Shown here piece after piece: positions 1 through 12,430 of a stretch of 64,000 nucleotides of DNA. The notes beneath the pieces were generated by a model. It was not told the DNA's origin. It saw only the letters and a list, made by a program, of their open reading frames with translations, and did not search any database. Position numbers and translations under genes: made by a program. Position 1 is the stretch's first letter. Each line of letters begins with the position of its first letter. The stretch is from Marsupella aquatica (Eukaryota; Plantae; Marchantiophyta), in the NCBI GenBank assembly GCA_973895155.1, contig OZ316897.1, forward strand, positions 13,887,375 through 13,951,374, given 5' to 3'.

Positions 1-1449
1 AGTAGTTATATATTGTCACATCAACTAGTTACTACCACCTCAAAAAACATATTTGCACTCCTGTCTTTCAAGTATGTCGCCTCTGTGTGTGTGTCGTGGC
101 ATGCCGAGACATATGTCTAGTGTGACCAGCATGCCACTTCCTGTGGCTCCTGCAGGAGGCCAGAACACCAACCTATGGCCACTTCCTGCTGCCCACGCCT
201 GTTGGCCTCCCTCCTCCTTGATTCTATACAACAGTGGAGGGTGGGCACATTTGGGCAGGCCTGGAGGAGGGAGGGAGGGAGGGAGGGAGCCTTGGGGCCA
301 AGATGGGGGGATAGAGGAGTGGAAACATGGGAGGGAAAGAAGGGAACAGGGGAGGGGAAAATTAGAGAAAAAGAGGCACATAGGGGAAAGGATAGAATGA
401 GGAAATCATTGTTTTGTTCTCAGCACCCTCAGCTGTACAGAAATACACAATCCGAAGGAGATCACTTTTGCAAGAACAGCAGAGATCACTTTGACAAGAA
501 CAGCACCGATCAAAATTATGACAATTTTGCATCAACAACATCCCAATGGAAACTACGACCGCATTGAAGAACTGATGGAATGGAAACAGTTCTGCAATAC
601 ACACGGGCCAAAATGACAAATGGGCTTCCAAGAGCAAGACCCAATTGCAGTGACAACCAAGATAATTGTGCAACGCACAGCCATTTGGGGATGCAATGGC
701 CTATAACTGTGTGTATGTTCCTCTATGGTTTTGCATGTCCATTTGGGTACAAGATTAAATGTTTGTGTCTTTGCTTTTCATCAATTATTAATCATTAACA
801 ATTTTGGTATCTGTCCATCAAAGCTTACCATGTCTACCTTGGCCAATGTTTGTGCAATGGCCAAATTCACAGCATCCATCCCCACTGAAACTAGTAGCCA
901 CTTTCAGCAAAAAAATCACTACCATTTTACCGTCAATAGGCAATGATCATCTTTCAATCTAAGAAAATTAGGAATATGGAGTCACAAAAAGAAAAATCCA
1001 TGAAAAATTAAACCAATTTCAGATCACAAAGCAAAAACCCTCAAAATGAAGGCCATTGTGACATCAAGTTAAAAATTTGCGTCCTATCCTAGATTTTCAG
1101 CCTTAACATCTTCTCCTCCACAAATGCCGCATCAAAGAAAGAAAACCTTTAAACTGAGCTTATAATTATTGGTGTCAAGTGAAATGTTTTGTGTCCCATC
1201 CCAAAACAATGCTCCCATGGACAATAGAAAGAAACTATACAATCCTCATGGAATAATTAGGAATATTCATTGTGACATTGTGAGTTAAAGGGTCCATATG
1301 ACTTGCAAAAATATATGGGAGCATTTGGACAAGCTTAGAAGTCTATGTGGGTTTCGTTTTTCAGCCCATCCGAGTCTCCACTTCTTTATTTTATTTCTAT
1401 TCATTTGTCACTAACAAAAAAAATGTGATGTCAATGCCATCACTTTTGC

Positions 1450-2220
1450 GATACCGTACCTATTTACCTAAGTACCCCTTCAACGAAAGTCAGGTTTGGT
1501 CGCCGGAGGGGAGACAAAACCGCCCTGACGACCTGTGCGCTAAGTTTACTCACCAGTAAGTTACCCCTCGCTTTTTTACTCATCTTTCCAGGGTCCCACC
1601 TCCCTCACGGAAAGAAAGAGGGAGGGCGCCACGTACGCACTCCGATAGGGTTTGATGAAAGTCCCCCATCACCGGAATCGACCGAAGGTTTGCTTTTCTG
1701 TACGGTCGTCCCCAATAGGTACAAAAGATTTAATGACACATTCACTGAATCCGAAACCGTACGACAACAGGAAACAGTGTCGCATTCGCTCATCGAGGTG
1801 CGGATAAACCTGTCAGACTGCCGAAATTGTCAATACTCTCATCAATGGGCCTGCCCCTGCCCCTGCCCGGGCTTCAGAAACTTACTTTCGGGCAGGGAAC
1901 GGCGCAGAAAACAAGTGAGTGGTAAATAAATTGACTGAGCAGGACGGAAAGGTGAATGAATGCCCGAGTCCGTCCGTCTCGGGTTCGGACAGCGGGCACG
2001 GTAAAGAGAGGCGTCAGTGGTGAGTAAATAAAAGAAAAAAGGAACTGCTGTCGGGCTCGGCACGATGTTTTTTGAAAAGAAGTGGAGAAAAAGAATCTTT
2101 TCGCAGAGAGGCGCGAACGGGCGGGCGGGCGGGCTGGTTAGTAGTAGTAGAGTAGTGTGATGTTGGGGGAGGAAATGGACGGCGAGGAATGCTCCGTGCA
2201 AAGGGCTGGCACAAGTTCAA
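1450..2220 (-). promoter_or_regulatory. Possible promoter/5'UTR exon(s) of a gene continuing left of the window
   Basis: GC-rich island that is pyrimidine-rich on the minus strand, with donor-like GGTGAGT/GGTAAC sites near 1545-1565. No recognisable CDS. Confidence 0.25.
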
Positions 2221-2268
2221 AATATCGCCGGGGGAAATTCATTTGTCCTGTGGGCAGAGCGCAACTTA

Positions 2269-2717
2269 GGGGGTCTCAAATCTCAAAATTAATTTGATGG
2301 ACCCTAATCTAATAGGGGGTCCCAAGCATGGGGCCGTCATAGGTGTTCTTGGTAGGTTACCATTGCCCATGACGAGGCTGAGGGCGAGTTTAATGGTAGT
2401 AAGCAATCTTTGGACCTCAACTTTTTTAGGTCTTGAAGTGTGACTTCTGGGGAGGAACCAGTCGAAATCGTGTTTGTTTAGCATGAGAACTTCCTCAGCA
2501 TAGAGAGAAGAGTGAGTAAACAAGGCCTTGGATCGTGAGTTCAAACTTGGCTCATGGTGACTGATCCGCCAAGTTTGTCCCCGGAAATCAAGAAGTTCCA
2601 CCTGCGGGAGTGTGTGGGCATGCTAGCCCCAAGGGGTCCTCGACATTTTTGAGCCATGTCCTCCTGAACCTAACTTGGGGCCCCGCAAACTCCCCTGGGT
2701 CGATATCTGAGACCCCC
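2269..2717. mobile_element. PIF/Harbinger (Tourist-like) MITE
   Basis: 16-bp terminal inverted repeats GGGGGTCTCAAATCTC ... GATATCTGAGACCCCC (2 mismatches), flanked by TTA and TAA. Non-coding. Confidence 0.65.
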
Positions 2718-3710
2718 TAATAGTTAAGGATTTGGACAGAAAAATTGGGGATTTTTTGCCATGAAAATTAGTCATATGCTATCACCAAAAGTCCATATAG
2801 AGGCTTGTAAAAACAATGACACAACCCTGTCCAGAAGTTACGGCCATTTGTTCATGGCCAAAAGCCATTCATCTGGAACTGAAAATGTTTGAACTCCCTA
2901 CTGGAGAGTTATGCCCTAGTGTAGGCTTGCCTAAGTGCAGACTTTGTAAGTGCAAAAACTGGTTTACTCTAAGGCATCCTACACTTCCCTTTTTATTCCA
3001 TTTTATTTTACATGGAGTTTGCACTCATTTTGCATCTTTTCTAAGCGCAAACAGGGCTGGAATCATTTTTCTTAACAATAAATTTATAACAGCCAAACCC
3101 TTGATAAGTGAATTTTGTACTCTAAGAATGACATACACTTATCAGTAAGCGCACAAACCCATCAGACTGCATAACTGATTAGTGTCAGGGATAAAGGTGA
3201 CTGCATTAGAGTTTGCATGCCCTTAGTTTGAATGGAAATAAATGTGAGTACATTTGAGTCTCCTGCGCCATTTTCAGAGACTCGACTGGCACCCAATCCC
3301 CGTGTTCAACTTGCGCCCCACACATTGGGTTAAATTCTCAAAGTCTTGAGCAGTTGAGAGGCTTCACTCTAGACCATAGGCCATGAAGAGTAGCTTTGAA
3401 TGATGATTATATGGTTTCAAATGTCATTTGTCTTACTTCAATTACTGTGTGATTATCTTTTTCCACAGTTAGTTTGAGAAAAGTAAAATTGGGCTACTCT
3501 AGAATGATCCAAGTAGAATAATAAGCGAAACGCTTGAAATACGTTTGTCTTTTCTATCAATGGAAGAACTTACACATAAGTATTAATGTTCTGTTTGGTT
3601 ACCTGCATGCAGTATGCTTTATAAACAAGGCTAGAACCCACACTTAAGAATCTATAGAACAAGGGTATCTCACAAGAGGGGATCAAAACCCAGGATATGT
3701 CCAACTGTGT

Positions 3711-3920
3711 GGGGCCTAGTGGCCCAGCTCGATCGGGTGACCTCGGGATTTGAACTTGATGCCAGTCGGTCTCAGGTTCGAGCCTGACTCCCTCCCTAAC
3801 CGGGTGTGGGCAAGAGTTGCTGTGTGTATGGCTTGGGCCTGTGTCATTCAAATGGCACTACCTTGACTCTATATCACATTGCTCTAGAGTCTAGTAACGA
3901 TAATGGTAACGATAATTACT
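3711..3920 (+). mobile_element. tRNA-derived SINE-like element
   Basis: A-box-like TGGCCCAGCTCG (3720-3731). B-box GGTTCGAGCC (3775-3784) inside a TCAGG/CCTGA T-arm-like stem. No full cloverleaf. Short tandem tail (GTAACGATAAT)x2. Confidence 0.5.
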
Positions 3921-5690
3921 AAGCTCCTGCCCAGTAAGAAAATTCAGAGTACTCTATACCAAGGTCCTTCTACCTTACTTGCCCACAATGCAAAATTGGA
4001 CAACTTCCTATTAGTATTGCAAACTCTTGTCCTACCTAGGTCTACCAAAGATATATATTAACTTACACCAAGGTCGTTATACTTTGCCCCCCACCCAAAT
4101 ATGTGAGAATCTAATATCCCTTATGCGAGTCTTATGAATTTGTCCCATTCCAGCTTCAACTAGGATTTCACCTGATCGGGCATCTGATGCCACTTTAAGT
4201 TGTTACATCGATATTATGGTATTTAATGTAAGCAGTATAGGAGAACACTGTCTACAGTAGTTCTTTGGAGAGCCACGCTGTTCCTACATCATATATACCC
4301 TACCTGCCCAACATGTGAAAGTGGATTTGTGCTAATGCGGAACTCCCTTTGTTGGTGTTACCCTAATGACCTGCAACAAACATTTCTTCCCAAAACCAGA
4401 TGACTCTAAATTTTGGAGAGAATCCTGAGGTTGCAAACCCCATCAGTTATCAGTTAGGCCAAACTCAAACATCATTTTGGTGGTTAAGTTTTGTCTCTTG
4501 GAATTTGGAAAATTTTCACTTAGCTGACCTTGCTGAATCACAGGACGATGGCGGGCCTGTAAGGGTGTTTCGACTGATCCAAAGGCCATCATTTATGCAC
4601 GCTCAGAATGGATCTTGAAACAGACCACTGGAGAAAAGAATCAACATTGTTTATGATATCGTTTAGACTGAGTCAGAGGAATAGCACCTCACATACAATC
4701 CCAGGTACTAGCATCTGGTTCAGAAGCCTGATTATAAGAACTTGGGGCATGGGACAAGCTTTCAGCAACAGCAAAACCACAAAAATCTTTCTTGCATATT
4801 TGGACATGTGGTCCCTTGTTGGTTGGTGTCTTATATGTCACAATGATTGGGGACATAATTTACTGGACAACATAGTTTTCTCAGATAGTGTTCTTCACGC
4901 ATGTTCATATTGGGACAATGTTCTGTTTTATCCTATTTGTAGTACTTCAAATAACTACAGCTTTTCCAAGGGCTGCTGGAACTGTTGAGATACTCTCATG
5001 AGGGTGTCATTACAACATACATTAGTAGGATATAATGTCTTAAATTGGAATGATTTTGCCTTCCAATTCAGATGCTAGTTTGCTACAGGAGCCAGCAGGG
5101 GATCGCTTCGAAATTGCTCCATGTGTATTTTAGAAACATTTACAAGGGTAGCTTGAGTTTTGATGACGCATTAACTTTCAAAGGCATCTAGTCCTTCGTA
5201 GAAAACACTGAAAATAATATATTTTTCCTAGTACTAGTAAGGATCGGGTATCCAAAATTGGTTGTTATCTTATCCTTTATTTAAGTATGCTGAAGTGCTC
5301 ATACTCAATGATTGCAAGTTAATCACTAATGATTCAGGCTCAAATGGAATGTGAAAGCTGCAAGGATTTGACAGAAATAGAACAGAACCCAATATGGAAA
5401 CCGCACGGTCTTATGGGTTGGTTCTTCTACCATAGAGGTAAACAGATTCACAACATTCCAAAAACGGTGGGCAGGGAAAAAAAGTCAGCAGTTTCGGGAA
5501 ATGGGGAGGAAATAGAAATCCAGACACCACAGTGGAAAATGCCCTGGAAATCAGATATTTTCTGTTGAAACTCATGTCATGCCTCCTACTAGCAGGAAGA
5601 TTAGACTCACTCAGGTTGACGTCCAGCTGAAATGGTAACACCTAGTATTAATATCAATACTAAATTTTATTCCAGATCCAGGCAATTGCC

Positions 5691-5854
5691 TTGAGATCTA
5701 TATTTGATGGATCCTCACAATGAAAAAGTGTTACTCAATAGGACACCTAAGTGATCCAAACCCTCGATAGACTCTAAATCAAAGTACCCAAATCTCAAGG
5801 TTAAATAAGAGAAAATAATTTTAATTTGGAGGGTCCATCAAGCACATATCTCAA
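5691..5854. mobile_element. Short MITE-like element, copy 1
   Basis: Imperfect ~26-bp TIRs TTGAGATCTATATTTGATGGATCCTC / GAGGGTCCATCAAGCACATATCTCAA. Confidence 0.5.
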
Positions 5855-7707
5855 ATTGTCTTCCTAGTTCTCAATAGTGCAGATTAATGGGATTGATTTT
5901 ACCCTCAACGTTGAGGTTCATCCACTTCCATGCCCCCAAGGTGCAGGAAATTAGGAGTGTAACAATGGGTGTGTTTGGAGAGTTAACTGTGAGGTGGCAA
6001 GGCGAGACAAGAATTGAAGCCTCTCAAAGCTGTCCCATGGTCTCCATGGCCACACAAGCATTTTTTTAGTGACCAAAATTTGCCAAATTCCACCTCCCCA
6101 AAATTTTTTGCCACTTTTGGCAAAAAATTAGCTACTTTTTCTCTGTCTCACTAGCCACTGTTCCACTTACTTACAGAGTTACAGGCCCTAGTAGCCAAAA
6201 TCTAGGGAGATCCACGGTCAATTATTAAATATTCTAGGAATAGTTTGAGCATTTTCTCCTTCAGAGAGTGGACAGTCGCCACTCTGGCAAAACGTGAAAA
6301 CCTGGCCCACACCTTATTATTCGTCAGCGTTCACACATATACAAGTATCCTCACTAATTATGGTTCAGTGTAACATGACTGTCTCCTCCAAAATAATGAA
6401 ATTAGCAGCTTTTTGTGCAGGGCGAGGGGCTAACAAGAAAATAACCTTGCAAATTAGATTGACTCGTAGCATTAATTTCCCAAAGTCCACCTCATTAATA
6501 GTCTAGTCTTAGTCATGTTTATGTTTTTGATTAGCCAGCTTTCCCACCTAGACACAGACCAACCTAGCCAGAATCTGACCGTGATCTTTACATCTAGGGA
6601 GATCTACTGCTAAGAAAAGTGATCTAAGAAAATGAGATGTGGAATGTGCCTAGCTTTCTCCTGATACAAGGAGAGATTTTAGCCACCCTGGAAAAAACTG
6701 AAAACCTTTAATACAAAAATGGCCCCATCCCACATTTTTTAGTCATAAAAATTTGCCAAATTCCATCTCATTGAAAAATCATTGCGGAAATTTGGCGGAA
6801 ATTTGCCAGGTTGTTTCTCTTTGATTAGCTCGTTCCCCACCTAGTCACATACCCATTAGCCAGAAGACTGTGTCCTTAAATGTAGGACAACATAACAATA
6901 CGAAGTCAATCTAGGAAAATAAGATATAGAATACTCTTAGCATCTTCTTCTTCATACAAACTGACATTGCCCACCTTAACATGAAATACTTACCCTGGCT
7001 TGCGACCCAAAAATAGGACAAGCTGCCGTCCATCTATATCAGACGAGTTCCTTTTTAAGTATAGTCATGCCCTGTGCCCTCAAATAGAGCATTCATGCAC
7101 TTAAGCTTAGAGAGTTTTATTTGTACTTTTTTTTGGTAGTAGTAGTAGTAGTAAAGGAGAAGGTTCATAATGCCCCATCTAAATCTAAACTTTGCAAATC
7201 TACTCTACAAAGCACCTAAAAGTACAAAGAGGAAACCATGGGAGGAATTAAGCAGATAGTAGTGAGGGCAAGGTGGGATATAATGACCCAAGAAATTGGT
7301 GATTCAGTTCACATTTTGAGGGACTATCATGGGCCATAATGCTCTGGTAATGGACCTTTAATACACCTAAGAGGTTTTCATATTTACAAATTTTAGTAAA
7401 AAGAGGATAATATGATGGTGATCACCATCAGATGCTGCCTATTGAGTTATATGACTAGATGGATGGATATGTGGTTGATGGAAAACACAAAGACTGGCAA
7501 AGACCTTTAAGTGAGGTGGAGTTTGCTTAATTGTTCTGTATGGGGTAATTTAAAAAAAATCCAAAGTTTTTCTTGTGAAGGAAAAGATGCTAGAAATATT
7601 CTTTATATAATCTAGCAAGATGGATTCCTTACCAGGAGACCTCCCTAGATATATACAACACCATCAGATTCCGATTGTTGGGGTTTGTGACTAGTGTAAA
7701 GTAGTGT

Positions 7708-8140
7708 ATGCTTGATAGTCCCCCAAAATGAAAAGTGTTACTTGATGGGACCTTTGAATCCCGGGGTCCTCACTTCTTTTCTTCCGACCCATCAGTTTTT
7801 TTATTGGGTTTAGTGAAATATTTTTAAATTTTTGTTGACGAACATTAGGGTTATTTTAATCATTTTGAGAATTATAAGAATCATAGTGTTTTTTAAAATC
7901 AAATATGAGAATATTCTTGGAATATTCCATTAAGTTAGGGATAAAAAAATTACTAAAAAAAAATTTATTGACTTAACTTTTAGGGTGTTTATTTGCGTGA
8001 TATGGGATAACCTTTGGATTGAGGCCCCCGAGCTTTGAATGACCCAAAAATTGATGACCTTAAAATAATATACCCAAATCTCTTTGCGGTGGGTTGCAAA
8101 AAAAAGTTTGGCTTGGGGATCCATCAAGCAAATACCTCAA
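7708..8140. mobile_element. MITE-like element, copy 2 of the same family
   Basis: Shares the left motif TTGAT.G.CC....AATGAAAAGTGTTAC and the right end TCCATCAAGCA..TA.CTCAA with 5691-5854. Confidence 0.45.
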
Positions 8141-8321
8141 GGTGTTTACAAAAATCTAATGGAAAACAAAAAGACTACTCAAGGTAGACTTTAAAATTAG
8201 GTGAAATTTGGCCGAATCTTCCAAACAACGAAGGGATATTTTGGGCAACAGAAAAAGAAAAGTAAGTTGCCAAAACGCCTGCATCGTTGACTGTCCATAC
8301 TGCCAAGTGGGTTGACCCGAG

Positions 8322-8745
8322 AGGACCGGACCCAAATGCTACCCAAAATAGTGGGCCTTCATCAGCCGGGCAGAAGGGCAGGGTAAATAAATCCTTCCCC
8401 GTAATGCAAGGAAATCTTCTCCGCCGTACCAGGCCCAAGCCCAAAATGTTACCCAATATAGTGGGCGTTTAGAGGGCAGTGGAGAGAAACCGTTCAATGT
8501 AATGCAAACCAAAACTTTTGAGCCGGACCGGACCCAAACGCTACCCAAAAATAGCGGTCCTTTAGCCGGGCAGACGGGCACAGTAACGAGGTCGTTCACG
8601 CTTATAAGCTTATTCAAGGACCCGGTTCAAGGAAGTCTTTTCAGCCGGACCGGACCCAAATATTACCCAAAACTAGCGGGCATTTAGCCGGGCAGGCGGG
8701 CAATGGAGAGAATTCGTTCCCCGTAATGCAAGGAAAACTTTTCGG
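8322..8745. repeat. Degenerate tandem repeat, ~4 units of ~100-120 bp
   Basis: Recurrent GGACCGGACCCAAA..TACCCAAAA.AG.GG....TAGCCGGGCAG..GGGCA and GTAATGCAA motifs. Confidence 0.7.
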
Positions 8746-11640
8746 CCGCACTGAAAAGGTTTTCCCACTGTTGAGAACTTCCCGAGGACTACCTTCTGTC
8801 CTTCTCCGTCACTGCAGGGGGGGCCACCGTCAGCGGCCCCACGCAGGGCCGACCTTCTCCGTCATTGCAGGGGGGGCCACTTTCGGCGGCCCCACAAAGG
8901 GCCGTTGGATGAGCGGTTAACTTACTTCATGGGCCAGTGGGTGGCGTCTTGGCCAAGGGTTAATCGGCTGGGCTCCACTTCCCAGCCCGTCTAATAAATT
9001 ATTATTGTTTGTGCGTCAATATACACTAGGACTAATTTTTGGGACAATCAGGTTCAATAAATAAATGAGTTTTCAAGTTCTAGACATGGGCGATCAAGTT
9101 TGCTCAAAAATTATTAATAACTTGTGCTAAAGTTTGGGGAATCAAGTTGGAACAATAAATGTATTATAATTGAAAATTTTAGTTATTGGACCAAAACTCT
9201 AACTTGATTTGAGTCCTTAAAAATCTCTCTTCAAGAGAAAGATGAATGCCTACTGAAGTTTAAATCATTACACATGTTTTTCAGATGTGTTGGTGCTTTC
9301 TCTGAATTTGTTGTACATGGATTTGGTTGCCAAAAAGGTTTTCATGCAAATCTTTCCTTTCCTATGCTTTTGTCATGTCATGCCACTTTTTGTGAAGAAA
9401 GATGTCTGGTTAAGCAAGTTTGCAAACAGGTTCTTTTTTAAAATGTTTTGTAAAAATTGTACTAAAGGAGTTATATTCTGCTCTGGACTTTTGTTTCTTG
9501 TATGTTAGTAGGAGTCGAGCGACCTTGATTAAGAGTATTATCAGATTGCTGAGAATTGAGAAAACACTGATATATCAGCTAGACAATAGCTCAAGTTATT
9601 ATTTGTTTAGAGCTTGATCTCACTCAATCATGTTCATAGGAGCCATTTTATGTAGAAATGCAGTCTTAGGCAGACTGAGCCATGAATCCTTGTAACAAAT
9701 GTGTTGTTCAACATGAGCCAACCTGAGAAAATACTATGTCATATGCTGGGAGCTTCAGTATGCATGTTCATGTCTGCAGGCTTTTCAATTCTATTATCCC
9801 TAAATGCACAGCTCTTAAAGAGCTTGAGATGAGTGGAACTCCTTAGGATCACTCAATATATACATCCCCATCATGTGTGACACTTCTTAAGGCATTTGAA
9901 TGGGGTCTATGCTAATCATATGACTGAAGGTGACAATTTTCCTCTGACTTCCTTGTAAGTTTCTTGAAATGGAACGAAAATCCCTATGTTTTACTCATTA
10001 TGGGCCATCCACATGGAAGTGAGACCAATGTGGAGTGGAGGAACAAATTGTATGAAGTTGAAGGTACCTTTGGCAATTAATACACTATGCTTGTTGTGAT
10101 GTGCGTTGTTGTAACTCTCTTCAAGTTGACACTCCAACTTGACCCAATGATGATCAAAGTGAACACAGGCCTAAACCTAGTTGGGTATCTGCTTGAGGGT
10201 CTCACTATATGGAGGTCTCCCCATCACCTGGGAGTTTTTAGGCCTCTGACCCCCTAAAAATGTAAAATTTCTTTTAAATTTGCAACCCCATAAACTTGGA
10301 ATATTCCAAAAAATATATTTTGTAAAGATTCTATTGTTCTTATAACTCTGAAAATTGGATTTACAAAACTTTGATGTTATTCCCAGCAAATTCTTAAGTA
10401 TTCCCTTAGAACTAATACAACATTTGACTCTATCCTTTGTCTCTCATGATGTGTCATTTTCATAGAAGTGAAATCCCCCAGGGCAGCTGACTGCCTGAAT
10501 CACTTGTGGAGAAGCCTCAATCTGGACCATTAACATTCACATTTGGTTAGCTTGTTTCAGTTCTAGACATTTCAGAGTTATGTTAGGATTGGTGTTGAGG
10601 GCTTAGGGTAAAGTGAAATCTGGCCTGTTCCCACATTCTAACTCCTATGATTGCATCTCAGACAAATAAAAAATAGAACCCGCGGAGTTCTTGTAAAAGC
10701 CCCCCAAAAGCCCCCTGAAGAGGTGTCATTTCTATTTGGGGTCTTGCATTTATTATCTCCAGGTCACCTTACACATTTTGGCTTGGGCATTTTAACTTTA
10801 GTGTATGCAACTGCCTACCCCCATTGGCTTTGGATGGAAACACAATGACTGCTGCCACCGTCCTGTAAAACCCCACTTAGATGTGATTGAGAAACTGTCT
10901 TTGACAGGGGTTCTACTAATAGGCTTTGTCACTTAGGTTCTTTAATGAAAATAGCAACATCACTGTGACCTCTTACAAAGAAGAATTCTTGAGCACTCAG
11001 TGGCCTTAGGGTGACTGTACAAGACACTGGGCCCTATTGCTTCATTTTAGTCCCTCTGAGATTAAATCAGGACCATATAATGAGTGGAAATGGTCACAGT
11101 TGGCTTTACAAGAACTCTAGGGCATATTCAGTTATGATGTCTAAGGATTCTACACTGCAAGTAGTGGACACAAGTAATTGCTGTTGTGGAGTGGTTATTT
11201 TGACATCCTTCACCAGTTTTGACTAGGGATTACTAAAGTACAGACTGATAGAGGCTGTAGTCTCACAAACCATCAATATTATTTTGACCTGTGGAAACAC
11301 TAATTAGAGGTGCGACAGGATTCTAAGGCAAAACAAGGTAAAATCCCTGTTAGACTGAAACCATTGACAGACCAGAAAAATTAACCAGTCAGATTGGGAC
11401 AACGCGAAAGCAACTAAAAATAACTCTTTGAGATCAAAGATCACAAATAATCCAAGTTACATTACAATCAACCCTAAGAAGGGGAGGGAGTTGTGAGATT
11501 AGAACATTAAGCCTTAGAATAATTGAACCCACTAACCTTAGGAGGTCATCTTAAAACTCACCAAATCCTTTGTCCCACAATGGCACTATCTTCAGAAAGG
11601 AATCTCTGCACTAAGTACACACCTCAAAATCTAGATAACT

Positions 11641-12430
11641 ATATAAAATATCAGCTTTTTACTAGATCCTATCCCCCAAACTGAACTAAATTATCAACCT
11701 ATCCCCAAAATGATAATTGCTAGGTTGCCCCCCATTATGTATATATGAGTTACTTTCACTGTTTTAGTAAACCCCAGGTGATTTCTCATTGGTGGATTGA
11801 CACATGGTGAGGTGCTATTGGCTCCACCTTACCCTGAATGAGTTTACCCTCACCCGTCTGGCTCTTTCCCATTTTTTGAACCATCCCTACACCAAACATG
11901 GCTGGCCTTCCCCCTCTCAAGTTTCAATCCAGCTGACCTAGCTAAAATCAGGCAATAGGCCCAAATGTGGGTTTGTTTACACATGGAAAATATGTATACT
12001 TTTGGGGCCTCTTTCCTCTAATTAGAGAAGTGGGAGTAGGGTGGATCATTGGGACCAGAGGATCTGGAGTTTGGGACCCTATTTTTGAAGGGAAATTGCA
12101 GCACCAGCCAGCCCGGTTGCCAGGGTTGGGATTGAAACTTGCAAGGGGGAGGGTCCAGCCTTTCTTGGTGGAGGGCTTGTTCAAAATATGAGAAAGAGCT
12201 AGCAAGGTGAGGGTAAACTCGGCCAAGGTAAGGTGGAGCAAATAGCGCCTCACCACATGTTAGTCCACCAATGAAATATCAACTTGGGTTGATGAAAACG
12301 GTTAATGTAACCCATATATACAATATGGAGGATGATCTAACAATTGAAATAATTTTGGGGTCAAGTTCATAACAGCTCAGTTTGGAGGACAGGATAATAA
12401 AAAATAAAAAGCTATATATAAAACATATAT
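11641..12430. mobile_element. ~790-bp foldback (long-TIR) element
   Basis: Arms ~11641-11945 and ~12115-12430 are imperfect reverse complements, e.g. CATTGGTGGATTGACACATGGTGAGGTGCTATTGGCTCCACCTTACC vs GGTAAGGTGGAGCAAATAGCGCCTCACCACATGTTAGTCCACCAATG. Confidence 0.8.

Noticed and set aside
40-800. Overlapping ORFs at the window start
   Set aside because: They arise from GA-rich low-complexity sequence and show no recognisable domain.
4200-5200. Possible decayed coding sequence
   Set aside because: The frames examined had frequent stops and no identifiable motif.
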